The notes below the pieces were generated by a model. The model was not told the DNA's origin. It did no database searches and worked only from the letters and a program-made list of their open reading frames with translations. Of a stretch of 64,000 bases of DNA, positions 20,905 to 34,551 are shown in pieces; positions within the stretch are counted from its first letter, which is position 1; every line of letters starts with the position of its first letter. The DNA lies in contig JAMIFV010000043.1 of the NCBI GenBank assembly GCA_035906055.1, positions 455-64,454 on the forward strand, written 5' to 3'. The DNA is from Alphaproteobacteria bacterium. Its GTDB lineage: Bacteria > Pseudomonadota > Alphaproteobacteria > Rickettsiales > JABCZZ01. The position numbers and the translations under genes are program-made.

Positions 20905-22497
20905 ATGATCCTCTTCCCGCGCGATGAGATTCCTGCGATTGCACCGGCCGCCGCCTCCCCGCTGCGCCCGCATGCGCACCGCAGGATCAACCGCCTGCGC
21001 GTATCGTGGTTCGTGCTGGGCGCATTGTGCGGCGTGCTCGTGGGGGTGAGCGCGGGCAAGCTTTCCGGCCCGCAGGAAACCGCTTCCGCCCCTGTTAAGG
21101 AAGTCATCGCCCAACCGGGTGCAGCCCCGGTTGCCGCAGCACCTGAACCCGCCGCAACAACCATTACCGGGGAACCGCCTGCACACATGCAGGCAGCCGC
21201 AGCCCCTTTGATTGAGCCCCTCCCAGAAGCTGCGACGCAGCCGGAAGTCCCCGTAGCAGCAGAAATGGCTGCCACCGCGCAGCCTGCCGCCATCACGCAA
21301 GCCCCAGCCGCAGCAGCGCCCGCACCGGAAGAGCCAGCCATCACCCTGCCCGCGACTTTTACTATCAAAGTGGAGAAAAAACAGACGCTCGCCTCCATTT
21401 TCATGGAGAATGGCGTGCCGGAGCCCGAAGCCAACGAGGCGGTGGACGCATTGAAGAAATACCTCAATCCCAAGCGCATCACCGCCGGGCAGATATTCAG
21501 CCTGAAACTGGACAAGAATAACCAGATCATGGGCGCCACCACGATTCTGGGCATGGAGATCGAAGCCTCTCCCGTGCGTACGGTAAAGCTGCAGCGTGAC
21601 TCGAAAGGCAAGCTGGTGGCGGGTGAAGTAAAGGCCGCGCTCAGCACGGGCATGGCGCGCGCTGGCGGCAGGATCCGCTCCAGCCTCTACCAGACCGCCA
21701 TCGACTCCGGCATCCCGGTTAAAATGGTCGGCGAGATCATCCAGGCCTTCAGCTACGACGTCGACTTCCAGCGCGACGTGAAGCAGGGCGATAAAATCGA
21801 CGTCGTGTTCGAACGTATCCATACGAATAAAAACGTCACCACCGGCACCGGAAAAATGCTCTACGCCTCGCTCACGCTGGGCGGCAAGGAGATGACCATC
21901 TACCGGCACACCGCCGCCGACGGCTTCACGGGGTATTACAACGCCAAGGGCGAATCGGTACGCAAGGCACTGCTGCGCACGCCTATCAACGGCGCGCATA
22001 TCACGTCGGGGTTTGGCATGCGCCGCCACCCCATCCTGGGTTACTCCAAAATGCATAAGGGCATGGATTTCGGCGCGCCTACCGGCACTCCCATCTATGC
22101 CGCTGGTGACGGCGTGATCGAGGAAGCGGGCCGCAAGGGCGGTTACGGCAACTATGTGCGCATCCGCCACACCAAATCCTACGCCACCGCATACGGCCAT
22201 GCCAGCCGCATTGCCAAAGGCATCCGCCCCGGCATGCGCGTGCGTCAGGGGCAGGTCATCGCGTATGTAGGCTCCACCGGCGCTTCCACTGGCCCGCATC
22301 TGCATTATGAAGTGATCGCAGGAAACTCACAGGTTAACCCGGCAGGCGTCAAGTTCCGCACCGGCCAGCAGCTCACCGGCAAGGAGTTTGCCGCGTTCAG
22401 AAAGAGCGTGAAGCAGGTGGAAAGCCTTACCGCTTCCGCCCCCGCCTCCAGAAAAACGCAGGTTGCTTCTGCTGGAAGCGCATCCCCTAAGCCTTAA
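20905..22497 (+). CDS. M23 family peptidoglycan metalloendopeptidase
   Basis: 530 aa. N-terminal TM segment, then a Pro/Ala-rich linker. C-terminal HKGMDFGAPTGTPIYAAGDG...GYGNYVRIRH...GSTGASTGPHLHYEV. The start codon is uncertain. Confidence 0.88.
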   Translation: MILFPRDEIPAIAPAAASPLRPHAHRRINRLRVSWFVLGALCGVLVGVSAGKLSGPQETASAPVKEVIAQPGAAPVAAAPEPAATTITGEPPAHMQAAAAPLIEPLPEAATQPEVPVAAEMAATAQPAAITQAPAAAAPAPEEPAITLPATFTIKVEKKQTLASIFMENGVPEPEANEAVDALKKYLNPKRITAGQIFSLKLDKNNQIMGATTILGMEIEASPVRTVKLQRDSKGKLVAGEVKAALSTGMARAGGRIRSSLYQTAIDSGIPVKMVGEIIQAFSYDVDFQRDVKQGDKIDVVFERIHTNKNVTTGTGKMLYASLTLGGKEMTIYRHTAADGFTGYYNAKGESVRKALLRTPINGAHITSGFGMRRHPILGYSKMHKGMDFGAPTGTPIYAAGDGVIEEAGRKGGYGNYVRIRHTKSYATAYGHASRIAKGIRPGMRVRQGQVIAYVGSTGASTGPHLHYEVIAGNSQVNPAGVKFRTGQQLTGKEFAAFRKSVKQVESLTASAPASRKTQVASAGSASPKP

Positions 22498-23548
22498 GAA
22501 TATTCACATGCCCCATCTTGCGGCCTGCGCGGGTTTCGGTTTTTCCGTAAAGATGCAGCTTGGCGTTGGGGTTCTTCAGGTATTCAGGCCAGAGATTCAC
22601 ATCGTCACCGATGAGGTTTTTCATTTCCGCATCTGAATGGCGCGCCGGGCTGCCAAGGGGCAAACCGCACACCACGCGGATGATCTGTTCAAACTGGCCG
22701 GTGACGCAGGCATCCATCGTCCAGTGGCCGGAATTATGCGGGCGCGGCGCCAGCTCGTTCACGAGGATGCGGTTATCCTTCGTCACGAACATCTCCACCG
22801 CCAGCAGCCCCACCACCTCCAGCGATGCGGCGATGCGCACGGCCATATCCTCCGCTTGCCGAGCCAGCACGGCGTCAATGGGCGCGGGCGCGATCGTGGT
22901 ATCGAGCATATGGTCCTTGTGGATGTTCTGCACGGGCACATACGGAGCCGTTTCGCCCCCTGCCCCGCGCGCCACGATCACGGATATCTCCATGGAAAAA
23001 TCCACGTATCCTTCCAGCACGGCTTCCGCTCCTTTTATCGCTTCCCATGCGGCCTCCGCTTCGCTTTCCTTGCGGATCGTCACCTGCCCTTTGCCGTCAT
23101 AGCCCAGTTCAGCCGTTTTGAGGATTGCCGGAAGCCCAACCTGCTTGATTGCAGCGGGAAAATCCGCCAGCGCGCGGATTTCCGCGAACGCAGCGGTGCC
23201 GATACCCAGCGCCTGCACCGCCTTCTTCTCGCGGATACGGTTGCGGCTTGCCTTCAGCACTTCGGCTGAAGGGCGCACAGGTTTCTGCCCTTCCAGCAGG
23301 GTAAGGCTCTCAAACGGCACGTTCTCGAACTCGAACGTCACGACATCCACGGAATCCGCAAATGCCTGCAAGGCCTTGATATCGTCATATTCGGCAACCG
23401 TAGTCTTGCTGGCCACATGTGATGCAGGAGAGCCGGGTTCAGGGGTAAATACATGCACTTTATAGCCAAGCCCTGCAGCGGCCATGGCCATCATGCGCCC
23501 CAATTGCCCGCCGCCGATGATACCTATGGTAGAGCCGGGTGCTATCAT
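22487..23548 (-). CDS. purK: 5-(carboxyamino)imidazole ribonucleotide synthase
   Basis: 353 aa; ATP-grasp; [14 protein letters not shown]...; 4-nt overlap with purE. Confidence 0.93.
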   Translation of the reverse strand: MIAPGSTIGIIGGGQLGRMMAMAAAGLGYKVHVFTPEPGSPASHVASKTTVAEYDDIKALQAFADSVDVVTFEFENVPFESLTLLEGQKPVRPSAEVLKASRNRIREKKAVQALGIGTAAFAEIRALADFPAAIKQVGLPAILKTAELGYDGKGQVTIRKESEAEAAWEAIKGAEAVLEGYVDFSMEISVIVARGAGGETAPYVPVQNIHKDHMLDTTIAPAPIDAVLARQAEDMAVRIAASLEVVGLLAVEMFVTKDNRILVNELAPRPHNSGHWTMDACVTGQFEQIIRVVCGLPLGSPARHSDAEMKNLIGDDVNLWPEYLKNPNAKLHLYGKTETRAGRKMGHVNILKA

Positions 23549-24030
23549 GGCTTGAGTTTTATCGAGTCCGTTTGTTTTACGCGGAATTTCTGCAGCTTTG
23601 CAGAGAGCTTTGCATCGTTCAGCGCGAGGATGGAAACGGCAAGCAGCCCGGCATTGATGGAACCTGCCTTGCCGATGGCAAGCGAACCCACCGGAATACC
23701 GGCGGGCATCTGCGCGATGGAAAGCAGGCTATCCAGCCCTTTGAGCGTCTTGCTTTCCACGGGAACGCCCAGCACCGGCAGATGCGTCATGGAAGCAGCC
23801 ATGCCGGGAAGGTGCGCAGCCCCCCCTGCCCCGGCGATGATGAGCTTGAAACCTTTACCGGCTGCGCCGGTGGCAAAGTCATACAGGCGTTTGGGCGTGC
23901 GGTGCGCGGAGATGACCAGCACCTCATGCGATACGCCGAACTCTTCAAGCTGCATGGCGGCGTGCTGCATGGTTTCCCAGTCGGACTGGCTTCCCATGAT
24001 GATGGCCACATCGGCTTGCTTGCTCTTCAT
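23545..24030 (-). CDS. purE: 5-(carboxyamino)imidazole ribonucleotide mutase
   Basis: 161 aa; [14 protein letters not shown]...SAHRTP...[14 protein letters not shown]. Confidence 0.96.
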   Translation of the reverse strand: MKSKQADVAIIMGSQSDWETMQHAAMQLEEFGVSHEVLVISAHRTPKRLYDFATGAAGKGFKLIIAGAGGAAHLPGMAASMTHLPVLGVPVESKTLKGLDSLLSIAQMPAGIPVGSLAIGKAGSINAGLLAVSILALNDAKLSAKLQKFRVKQTDSIKLKP

Positions 24031-24096
24031 ATTCCCTCAGAAAAAAGGGTTATATATACTGCCATGCTTAAAAGTTCCATGATTATTCGTTATTTC

Positions 24097-24142
24097 GCAC
24101 TCGGTACCGCGTACTCGGTTAACCGAGTACCGAGTACGCGGC
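24097..24142. repeat. palindromic CGAGTAC/GGTAC element (family B, copy 2)
   Basis: gcaCTCGGTACCGCGTACTCGGTTAACCGAGTACCGAGTACGcggc. It shares both arms with the reverse complement of copy 1 (14978-15034). It lies upstream of purE. Confidence 0.6.
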
Positions 24143-24371
24143 ACGCCCTGGCACGTTGCACAAAAAACACACCTGAAAACCAATATACCACACAGTGTTA
24201 ATTTTCTATTACTAGGCCTACTTTTCTATTTATTATTTTTTTGCATACTATATATAGTGTGTTTATTAAAAAATGGTGGCTGCGTTCAATTGCACAGATT
24301 TCTGTGGTGAATTTGGCAAAACCATCGCGGGATACACCGTAATCAGGTAGGTCAAAAAAGTGTAGATTCGC

Positions 24372-25676
<1,305 letters not shown>

Positions 25677-25677
25677 T

Positions 25678-25745
25678 TGTCATACCGCACTTGTTGCGGT
25701 ATCTCATGCAAAGTAAGGAGACCCCGCAATAAATGCGGGGTGACA
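25678..25745. repeat. inverted doublet of GTCA-hairpin repeats (REPIN-like; family D)
   Basis: 25678-25705 is TGTCATACCGCacttgtTGCGGTATCTC. 25717-25745 is GGAGACCCCGCaataaatGCGGGGTGACA. The first is a diverged inverted copy of the second. The element starts 2 nt after the kinase stop. Confidence 0.6.
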
Positions 25746-25747
25746 AT

Positions 25748-26356
25748 ATGCAAGATTTCCGCCCCACCCTGTTGCACCATATCCTTGAACTCGTGCCGTT
25801 TGACGGCTGGAGCGATTACACGTTCCGCGAAGCCGCCAGTCGCGCCGGGATCACGGAAACCGAGGCCACACGGGCCTTTGGCGGCGGCATCCGCGACTGT
25901 GTACGCTATTACTTTGACCAGATAGATGAGCAGCTTAAAAAACAATACCCACCCGGCTCGCTTTCAGCCTCACGTGTGCCTGAGCGCGTTGAAACGCTGG
26001 TGATGGCGCGTTACGCACTCATGCTGCCTCACCGTGAGGCGGTGAAAAGCGCCGCAAGTGGAAATTTACTGCCATGGAACGTTAAAGGCGCGTTGAAATC
26101 ACTCTACCACATGACCGACACGATCTGGCGTCTGGCGGGCGACCAGTCTACCGACTATAATTTTTATACCAAACGCATGACGCTGGCGGCAGTGCATGTG
26201 CCTACGTTCCTTTACTGGCTGAACGACCATTCCGCCAACCTTGAAGATACGCGGCGATTCCTTAAAAAGAGACTTGCCGGAGTTGCAGAATTCGGAAAGA
26301 AAAAGAAAAGTTTGGCATCAAAACTTAATGCATTCTCTTATTATGCAAAACGCTAA
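25748..26356 (+). CDS. COQ9-family protein
   Basis: MQDFRPTLLHHILELVPFDGWSDYTFREAASRAGI... matches the bacterial COQ9 / rpsU-divergently-transcribed family pattern as I recall it. Start moved to 25748, out of the hairpin. Confidence 0.7.
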   Translation: MQDFRPTLLHHILELVPFDGWSDYTFREAASRAGITETEATRAFGGGIRDCVRYYFDQIDEQLKKQYPPGSLSASRVPERVETLVMARYALMLPHREAVKSAASGNLLPWNVKGALKSLYHMTDTIWRLAGDQSTDYNFYTKRMTLAAVHVPTFLYWLNDHSANLEDTRRFLKKRLAGVAEFGKKKKSLASKLNAFSYYAKR

Positions 26357-26379
26357 CCTGACCTTAAAGAAAACACCCT

Positions 26380-27210
26380 ATGACCTCACCTAAAAAAATA
26401 TCTGTCGGCAACGTTACCTTTGCCAATGACCTGCCCTTCGCACTCATCGCCGGACCTTGCCAGATGGAGAGCCGCGACCACGCCATGATGATGGCCGAAA
26501 GCATCCAGAAGATCGCTGAGAACGTTGGCGTACCGTTCATCTATAAAACCTCTTACGACAAGGCCAACCGCACCAGCCTTAAAGGCCAGCGCGGCATCGG
26601 GCTTGCAAAGTCGCTGCCTGTGTTTGAAGAAATTAAAAAAACCTTCGGCTGTCCGGTGCTGACCGACGTGCATAACGAGGCCCAGTGCGCCGAAATCGCG
26701 CATGTGGTGGACATCCTGCAGATTCCCGCATTCCTCTGCCGCCAGACCGACCTGCTGCTTGCCGCCGCCAGGACCGGCTGTGTGGTGAATGTGAAGAAAG
26801 GCCAGTTCCTCGCCCCGTGGGACATGAAAAACGTGGCCGACAAGGTAGTGGCAGGCGGCAATGAACGCGTGCTGCTCACCGAGCGCGGCGCATCGTTCGG
26901 CTATAACACCCTCGTCACCGATTTCCGCGCGTTACCCATCATGGCGGAAACCGGCTTCCCGGTAATATTCGACGCCACCCACTCCGTACAGCAGCCGGGC
27001 GGGCAAGGGACGTCCTCCGGCGGTGACCGCCGCTATGTGCCGCCGCTCGCACGCGCCGCCGTTGCCGTGGGCGTGGCGGGCGTATTCATGGAAACCCATC
27101 AGGACCCTGACAACGCGCCGTCCGACGGCCCCAACATGGTCAAACTCAATGAGCTTGCAGATTTGGTAAAATCGCTTAAAGACATTGACGCGTTAACGAA
27201 AAAGAAATGA
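26380..27210 (+). CDS. kdsA: 3-deoxy-8-phosphooctulonate synthase
   Basis: 276 aa; [12 protein letters not shown]...[11 protein letters not shown]...DATHSVQ.PGG. Confidence 0.96.
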   Translation: MTSPKKISVGNVTFANDLPFALIAGPCQMESRDHAMMMAESIQKIAENVGVPFIYKTSYDKANRTSLKGQRGIGLAKSLPVFEEIKKTFGCPVLTDVHNEAQCAEIAHVVDILQIPAFLCRQTDLLLAAARTGCVVNVKKGQFLAPWDMKNVADKVVAGGNERVLLTERGASFGYNTLVTDFRALPIMAETGFPVIFDATHSVQQPGGQGTSSGGDRRYVPPLARAAVAVGVAGVFMETHQDPDNAPSDGPNMVKLNELADLVKSLKDIDALTKKK

Positions 27211-27212
27211 CT

Positions 27213-27250
27213 TGTCACCCCGCGCGAGCAACGCGAGTTGCGGGGTCTGG
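27213..27250. repeat. family D hairpin (inverted orientation), left flank of GIY-YIG gene
   Basis: TGTCACCCCGC-gcgagcaacgcgagtt-GCGGGGTCTGG. The reverse complement begins CCAGACCCCGC and ends GCGGGGTGACA, the same termini as 27568-27596. Confidence 0.6.
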
Positions 27251-27271
27251 CCATACAGCAGGGCGGAACAC

Positions 27272-28892
<1,621 letters not shown>

Positions 28893-28998
28893 ACTTCACC
28901 AAATTGTAACATTACAGACATAAAATCGTAGCCTGACGTCTTTAAAATAGCGGCTATCGTATTTTTATAAACCGGTAAATTACAGTCTGGAATCCAAC

Positions 28999-30912
28999 GT
29001 GGCACCTAAGAAAACCAGTTTTGAAGCCTCAAATAACCCTACGCTGAGAATGTTCCTCAGTGTGTTCGGCGATCCGGACACCGTGCAAAGGGGCCTTCAG
29101 GAATACTGGCAGGACAAAGGCAGCTTTACCTCGCCAGCGGAAATCTACAATTTCCTGATGGACAAAAAAGTTGCTGAGGGAGCAATATCGCAACACGTTG
29201 CGAAAAATCTTAAAACTACATTTAAAGATAGCTTTTCGCCAGAACACAGCACCGGCTTTCATTCCGCCCATCGCGAACCCGTCATCAGCGCTCTGGCACG
29301 CCTTTATGCGCAAACAAGCGGCCACGACTCTCCTGTATGGCACATTGAGGGCGATATTGGCAATTTAAGCGGATTGAATACTGCAATGAACAAAGCAGCC
29401 GCAGAACTGCAGGCTTCCGACCCTCAGGCCTTTAATGGCCTGCTTCAAGCAAACGCCATCAAAGCCGAGGATGCCAAGGCGGCAGAAAAACTGGGGCGTG
29501 CAATGGCAGACCGCGTGATGTATGCTATCTGCCAGATAACGGCCAACAGACTGCAAACGAAATGCGATACTGTCGGAATCCGCACAGGCGGAGATGAGTT
29601 CACAGTTATTGCCACCTCTCAGAACAATCCATTGAATGAGAAAGCCATCAAAACCCTTCTGCGCGATGCCCAACGCGATGTAGCCGCCTTCGTGACAACA
29701 GCAGACCTCACGCTTGTTCCCCATGGGCGCGACAGACGTAAAATAGGGGTTGGCGTTGGCCTGGCCCCGTATGACCTGCGCTATGCAACACGTGATGAGC
29801 ATCTGGAGATCGAGGCAGGACTTACCCGGTCGAAAGATGAATCCGACAGGATTCTACATGGCAATAAGCGAAAAATGTCTAACATGGAAATGCAGCCGGT
29901 AAATCTCACCGCTTTATCGCAGGCACTCTCAGGCTATCCTCTGCCCATTGTTCACACAGCAAGCCCTCAGCAAGAAGATTATGACCCATCACGCGTTCCC
30001 CCGGAATCCGCACGCCAGAACGCGTTACTTCAAAAGTTGGGAGCTAAATATACGGAACTAAGCGCTGCGGAACAGAAGGCCATTAATGCCACTATTGCGC
30101 TTACCCGTGAAAACGACATCGTCGTCAATCTGCCTATGTTTGGCAATATGAGCCAGACCCAGCTACCTTACTTCCGTAAGGTGGCAGACAAGGAAGATAA
30201 AGGCCCCCGCCTTATCAATATTGATTTCAGCAATATGGCTGGCGGCAACAAACTTGGATATGAAGTAGGCGATGCCATGGCGCGGCGCTTCAGGGATGTA
30301 ACTATCGGTGCCATGCTGAAAACTAAGCTGCCGGAAGTGGATATAGAAGGCAAAACAAAAAGCCTTGCGGATTTTCTGCCTTTCCTCGCGGCACGCCCCG
30401 GCGGTAAATTCGCCTTGCTGCTGCCGGACAGTGTTAGCGACGATGTTCTCAACAGCTTCAGAATCAATCTGGAAGCAGGGCTCAAAGCGGTTTCAATGAA
30501 ACCTCTGGATCTGGGACAGGATAAAGAAAGAATCATCAGGGACATCCGCCAGAAGGCAGCGTGGAGCGCTGAGAAAGGCAACGATGATTTTCTGGCAAAG
30601 ACCTTTGGTGCCAACCTCGAAAGATTGCAAACCGCAAAAGGCGAGATTGAAATCACCTTGGACAAGATCGTGGCCCAGAACAGTGGAGTTTCCGGTTCTT
30701 CGGTGGTGATGACGCACACTCCGCAGGGCAGGAACCTTGACTATAACCTATCACTTCGCGATCAGATGGAGCCGCTGGAAGTGGAAGCCAGGACGCTTCA
30801 GGACGCTATCACCTCGGCACATGCGGATGCAGCCCACGGTGGCGGAAGAAGCTTTGTTGGCCGTGAACTAGCAAAGAAAGCTCGCACCGGAGGCGGTCTT
30901 CCGCCCCACTGA
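28999..30912 (+). CDS. hypothetical protein with two divergent GGDEF-like (nucleotidyl cyclase palm) regions
   Basis: 637 aa with a GTG start. Region 1 is HIEGDIGNLSGLN...GRAMADRVM...GIRTGGDEFTVIA. Region 2 is LINIDFSNMAGGNKLGYEVGDAMARRF...AARPGGKFALLLPD. No TM segment, signal peptide or recognisable sensor domain. GC appears lower than in the neighbouring genes. Confidence 0.6.
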   Translation: MAPKKTSFEASNNPTLRMFLSVFGDPDTVQRGLQEYWQDKGSFTSPAEIYNFLMDKKVAEGAISQHVAKNLKTTFKDSFSPEHSTGFHSAHREPVISALARLYAQTSGHDSPVWHIEGDIGNLSGLNTAMNKAAAELQASDPQAFNGLLQANAIKAEDAKAAEKLGRAMADRVMYAICQITANRLQTKCDTVGIRTGGDEFTVIATSQNNPLNEKAIKTLLRDAQRDVAAFVTTADLTLVPHGRDRRKIGVGVGLAPYDLRYATRDEHLEIEAGLTRSKDESDRILHGNKRKMSNMEMQPVNLTALSQALSGYPLPIVHTASPQQEDYDPSRVPPESARQNALLQKLGAKYTELSAAEQKAINATIALTRENDIVVNLPMFGNMSQTQLPYFRKVADKEDKGPRLINIDFSNMAGGNKLGYEVGDAMARRFRDVTIGAMLKTKLPEVDIEGKTKSLADFLPFLAARPGGKFALLLPDSVSDDVLNSFRINLEAGLKAVSMKPLDLGQDKERIIRDIRQKAAWSAEKGNDDFLAKTFGANLERLQTAKGEIEITLDKIVAQNSGVSGSSVVMTHTPQGRNLDYNLSLRDQMEPLEVEARTLQDAITSAHADAAHGGGRSFVGRELAKKARTGGGLPPH

Positions 30913-31006
30913 TTTTTGGCCGGTCGCTTATAGCTGATTGACTTAACGTCATTTTCCGTTTTTAAAAAACACCCCGATCCCTCCAATCAGGCGAACAGGT
31001 ATACAC

Positions 31007-31915
31007 ATGTCCGGCGGCTCCACGAAAGTTATCATCATCTCCCTTTGCGCCAATTTCGGCATCGCGCTGTCCAAGCTGGGCGGCTCGCTCTACACAGGCA
31101 GCGCGGCGCTGCTGGCCGAAGCCGTGCACAGCTTCTCCGACTGCGGCAATCAGGCACTTTTGCTCTGGGGCGGGCATGTGGCCAAAAAGGGTCCGTCCGA
31201 TAAATACCCGCTGGGGCGCGGCAAGGAGATGTTCTTCTGGTCGTTCGTAGTGGCGCTGCTGCTGTTCAGCATGGGCGGCATTTTCAGCCTGTATGAGGGC
31301 ATCCATAAACTGCATAGCACCGAGCCGCTTTCCAACCCGCTCGTAGGCGTGGTCATACTGGGCATCGCCGTGGCGCTGGAAGGGTTCTCTTTCTATGCCT
31401 GCCTAAGGGAAGTGCAGCTACAGAACAAGCACAAATCCATGTGGGACTGGATACGCAATACCATGTCCGCCGACCTGCTGGTCATCTTCCTTGAAGACCT
31501 TGCCGCCCTGCTGGGCCTTATGTTTGCACTGGTGGCGCTTACGCTCGCATGGATCACCGGCAACCCGTTCTATGACGCGCTGGGCTCCTGCCTTATCGGC
31601 GTGCTGCTGATCGGGGTAGCGGTGATACTGGCGCGCGAAGTGAAGCCCATGCTGATCGGCGAGCGCCCGGCGGAAGAGTACGAACCGAAACTTCAGGCGA
31701 TACTGGATGCCATCATGCCCGGAGCGAAACTGATGCGTCTCATCGCGCTGCAACAGGGCGTGGACGCAGTGCTGCTGGCCTACAAGATCACTCCAGCGGG
31801 CGGTGCAGCCGACATCCGTACGGCTATTGCATCGGTCAACAGCTTCGAGGCGAAAGTGCGCGAGAGCTGCCCCGAGGTCAAATGGCAGTTCGCGGAACTT
31901 GACGATAAGGATTAA
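31007..31915 (+). CDS. cation diffusion facilitator family transporter
   Basis: 302 aa; SLYTGSAALLAEAVHSFSDCGNQ motif and six predicted TM helices. Confidence 0.85.
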   Translation: MSGGSTKVIIISLCANFGIALSKLGGSLYTGSAALLAEAVHSFSDCGNQALLLWGGHVAKKGPSDKYPLGRGKEMFFWSFVVALLLFSMGGIFSLYEGIHKLHSTEPLSNPLVGVVILGIAVALEGFSFYACLREVQLQNKHKSMWDWIRNTMSADLLVIFLEDLAALLGLMFALVALTLAWITGNPFYDALGSCLIGVLLIGVAVILAREVKPMLIGERPAEEYEPKLQAILDAIMPGAKLMRLIALQQGVDAVLLAYKITPAGGAADIRTAIASVNSFEAKVRESCPEVKWQFAELDDKD

Positions 31916-32259
31916 TAAGACGGTGTAGCGGGCATGTCGTTGAGTTCTTCAGGCGACATGTCGAACGGGGTAAGCGCTTTTTCCTGCTGGGGCTGAACCG
32001 GAGCCTGCGGCACGGCCTGCTGCGGGGACAGGTATTGCGGATTGACGGGAATGCGCTTCTGTTCGCCCTCCTTACGCCCTGTCAGTGCGCGTTTATTGGC
32101 ATCACTCTGCGCCTGCCCGCTGGAGGTAAAGCATTCCCAGCTTTCACAGCGCTCGCCGATCACAGGCATGTGCCGCCCAAGATCGTCCGCCCATCCGCAG
32201 CCCTGCAATGCAAGCAATACGGAGAAAACCGGGAGAGTGCGCGTAAATATCTTTGTCAT
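31912..32259 (-). CDS. hypothetical lipoprotein
   Basis: 115 aa; lipobox VLLALQG|C after a signal sequence; Pro/Gln-rich C-terminus. Confidence 0.6.
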   Translation of the reverse strand: MTKIFTRTLPVFSVLLALQGCGWADDLGRHMPVIGERCESWECFTSSGQAQSDANKRALTGRKEGEQKRIPVNPQYLSPQQAVPQAPVQPQQEKALTPFDMSPEELNDMPATPSY

Positions 32260-32420
32260 AAAGGTGATGTTAACGTTTATTGCCTGCCTGATGCAACAGT
32301 ATTTTTACGCTCCGCCGCCTGTTGCATTCACGCCCTCGCCACGGCATGCATCGCCACGCTTGAACCTGCACTCCGGTGGTGTAATATCGCCGTCCCGTAT
32401 CAGGTATGTGAGGTATCGCC

Positions 32421-33449
32421 ATGTTCACCAAACGCATGTTCGTTAAACGCCTGCTGTTTTCCGTTCTCGCAATGTATACTGTCGCACTCTCCCTTGCGCC
32501 AGATGTTTATGCCAGGGACATTACGCTGCTGAACGTATCCTACGACCCCACGCGCGAATTCTATGACGAATATAACGCACAGTTTGCCAAAGACTGGCAG
32601 GCCAAAACCGGGAAACCGGTAAAAGTGAAGCAGTCGCATGGCGGCTCGGCCAAGCAGGCTCGCTCAGTAATGGAAGGCCTGAGGGCCGACGTGGTGACGC
32701 TGGCGCTGGCGTACGACATTGACGCGATCGCAGAGCGCACCGGCAAGCTGCCTGCCAACTGGCAGACCCTGCTGCCCAATAACAGCTCGCCCTACACGTC
32801 GGTGGTGGTATTCCTCGTGAAGAAGGACAATCCCAAAAGCATCAGGGACTGGGACGACCTCATCCGTGAAGATGTAAAAGTCATCACCGCCAATCCCAAG
32901 ACCTCCGGCGGCGCACGCTGGAACTACCTCGCGGCATGGGCATGGGCACTCAAGAAAAACAACGGCGACGAAGAAGCCACCAGAGCCTACATGAAGTCGC
33001 TGTTCAAGAACGTGCCGACGCTGGATTCCGGCGCACGCGGCTCCACCACCAGCTTCACCGAACGCAATATGGGCGACGTGCTCATCGCGTGGGAGAATGA
33101 AGCGCTCATGGTCACGCATGACATCGCCAAAGATAAATTCGAGATCGTCTATCCCTCCCAGACCATCCTCGCCGAACCGCCCGTTGCGGTGGTGGAAGGC
33201 AATGCCGACAAGAACGGCAACGCTGAAGTGGCCAGGGCGTACCTTGAGAACCTTTATACCCCTGAAGCGCAGGAGATCGCCGTGAAGCATTTCTACCGCC
33301 CGTCGGAAAAAACCGTGGCGGAGAAATACGCTTCGCTCTTCCCCACCCCGGCGCTGGTGACCATTGCCGATTTCGGCGGGTGGAAGGCCGCGCAGGAAAA
33401 ACATTTCGCCGAAGGCGGCACGTTCGACCAGATTTACGCCAGCAAATAA
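32421..33449 (+). CDS. sbp: sulfate/thiosulfate ABC transporter substrate-binding protein
   Basis: 342 aa. [19 protein letters not shown]...[31 protein letters not shown] closely parallels E. coli Sbp/CysP. Confidence 0.9.
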   Translation: MFTKRMFVKRLLFSVLAMYTVALSLAPDVYARDITLLNVSYDPTREFYDEYNAQFAKDWQAKTGKPVKVKQSHGGSAKQARSVMEGLRADVVTLALAYDIDAIAERTGKLPANWQTLLPNNSSPYTSVVVFLVKKDNPKSIRDWDDLIREDVKVITANPKTSGGARWNYLAAWAWALKKNNGDEEATRAYMKSLFKNVPTLDSGARGSTTSFTERNMGDVLIAWENEALMVTHDIAKDKFEIVYPSQTILAEPPVAVVEGNADKNGNAEVARAYLENLYTPEAQEIAVKHFYRPSEKTVAEKYASLFPTPALVTIADFGGWKAAQEKHFAEGGTFDQIYASK

Positions 33450-33468
33450 CCATGACAGATGAGAACAC

Positions 33469-34404
33469 ATGACCTCAGCCATATCGATAAAACAGCTCCA
33501 GAAGACCTACCGCGAGAAAAAATCCGGCCAGAATAAGGTTGCGCTCAAGGGCATCGACCTTGAAATACCGCGCGGTTCGTTCTTCGGCCTGCTGGGCCCT
33601 AACGGCGCAGGCAAATCCACGATGATCAACATCATGGCCGGGCTGGTCATCAAGACCGGCGGCACGGTCACCATCTGCGGGCACGACATCGAAAAGGACA
33701 TGCGCGCCGCGCGCCAGTCCATCGGCGTGGTGCCGCAGGAGCTGGTGCTCGATACCTTCTTCACCGTGCGTGAAGCGCTTGATATCCATGCCGGGTATTA
33801 CGGCATTCCTAAGCCTAAGCGCCGCACCGACGAAATAATCGAAGCGATGGGGCTCACCGATAAAGCCGACGCGCATTCCCGCCGCCTTTCCGGCGGCATG
33901 CGCCGCCGCCTGCTCATAGCCAAAGCGCTCGTGCACAACCCGCCCGTGCTCATTCTTGATGAACCCACCGCCGGTGTGGACGTGGAACTGCGCACGCAGC
34001 TCTGGACGTATGTGCGCAAGCTGAACAAGGAAGGCGTCACCATTCTGCTTACCACGCACTACCTCGAAGAGGCAGAAGAGCTATGCGACCAGATCGCCAT
34101 CATCAACCACGGCGAAGTCATCGCCAGCGAAAGCAAGCGAAGCCTCATGGCGCGCATGGACAGCAAACAACTCGTGCTTAAACTCACCGCTCCGCTCAAT
34201 GCCATCCCCACCCCGCTATTGTCGCTCAGCCCCACGCTGCTGCCCGAAGGCGACCTCGCCATCAGTTACCAGCCTAGCAAGGCGAATATGGAAGAGATCC
34301 TTGGCCGCGTGCGTTCCTGCGGCCTTTCCATCCGCGACCTTGCCACCCACGAAGCAGACCTTGAGGACGTATTCCGCCACCTCACCAGCGGCAAAGCCGC
34401 CTGA
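33469..34404 (+). CDS. ABC transporter ATP-binding protein (ABC-2/YadG-like)
   Basis: Walker A GPNGAGKST, signature LSGGMRRRL, Walker B ILDEPTAGVD. No permease gene follows. Confidence 0.9.
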   Translation: MTSAISIKQLQKTYREKKSGQNKVALKGIDLEIPRGSFFGLLGPNGAGKSTMINIMAGLVIKTGGTVTICGHDIEKDMRAARQSIGVVPQELVLDTFFTVREALDIHAGYYGIPKPKRRTDEIIEAMGLTDKADAHSRRLSGGMRRRLLIAKALVHNPPVLILDEPTAGVDVELRTQLWTYVRKLNKEGVTILLTTHYLEEAEELCDQIAIINHGEVIASESKRSLMARMDSKQLVLKLTAPLNAIPTPLLSLSPTLLPEGDLAISYQPSKANMEEILGRVRSCGLSIRDLATHEADLEDVFRHLTSGKAA

Positions 34405-34551
34405 TAGCATATTAATTTCAGCCTATTGCACGGAAGCCCTTGCAAACGTCCCACTTAGCTTGGCGGTCGCTTCATGCCTGGCTTCATATCCTCCGATCCA
34501 GCCAAAATAGGCTGGCTATAGCCCCGCGCTTAGGCTAAATCATGTGCACAC

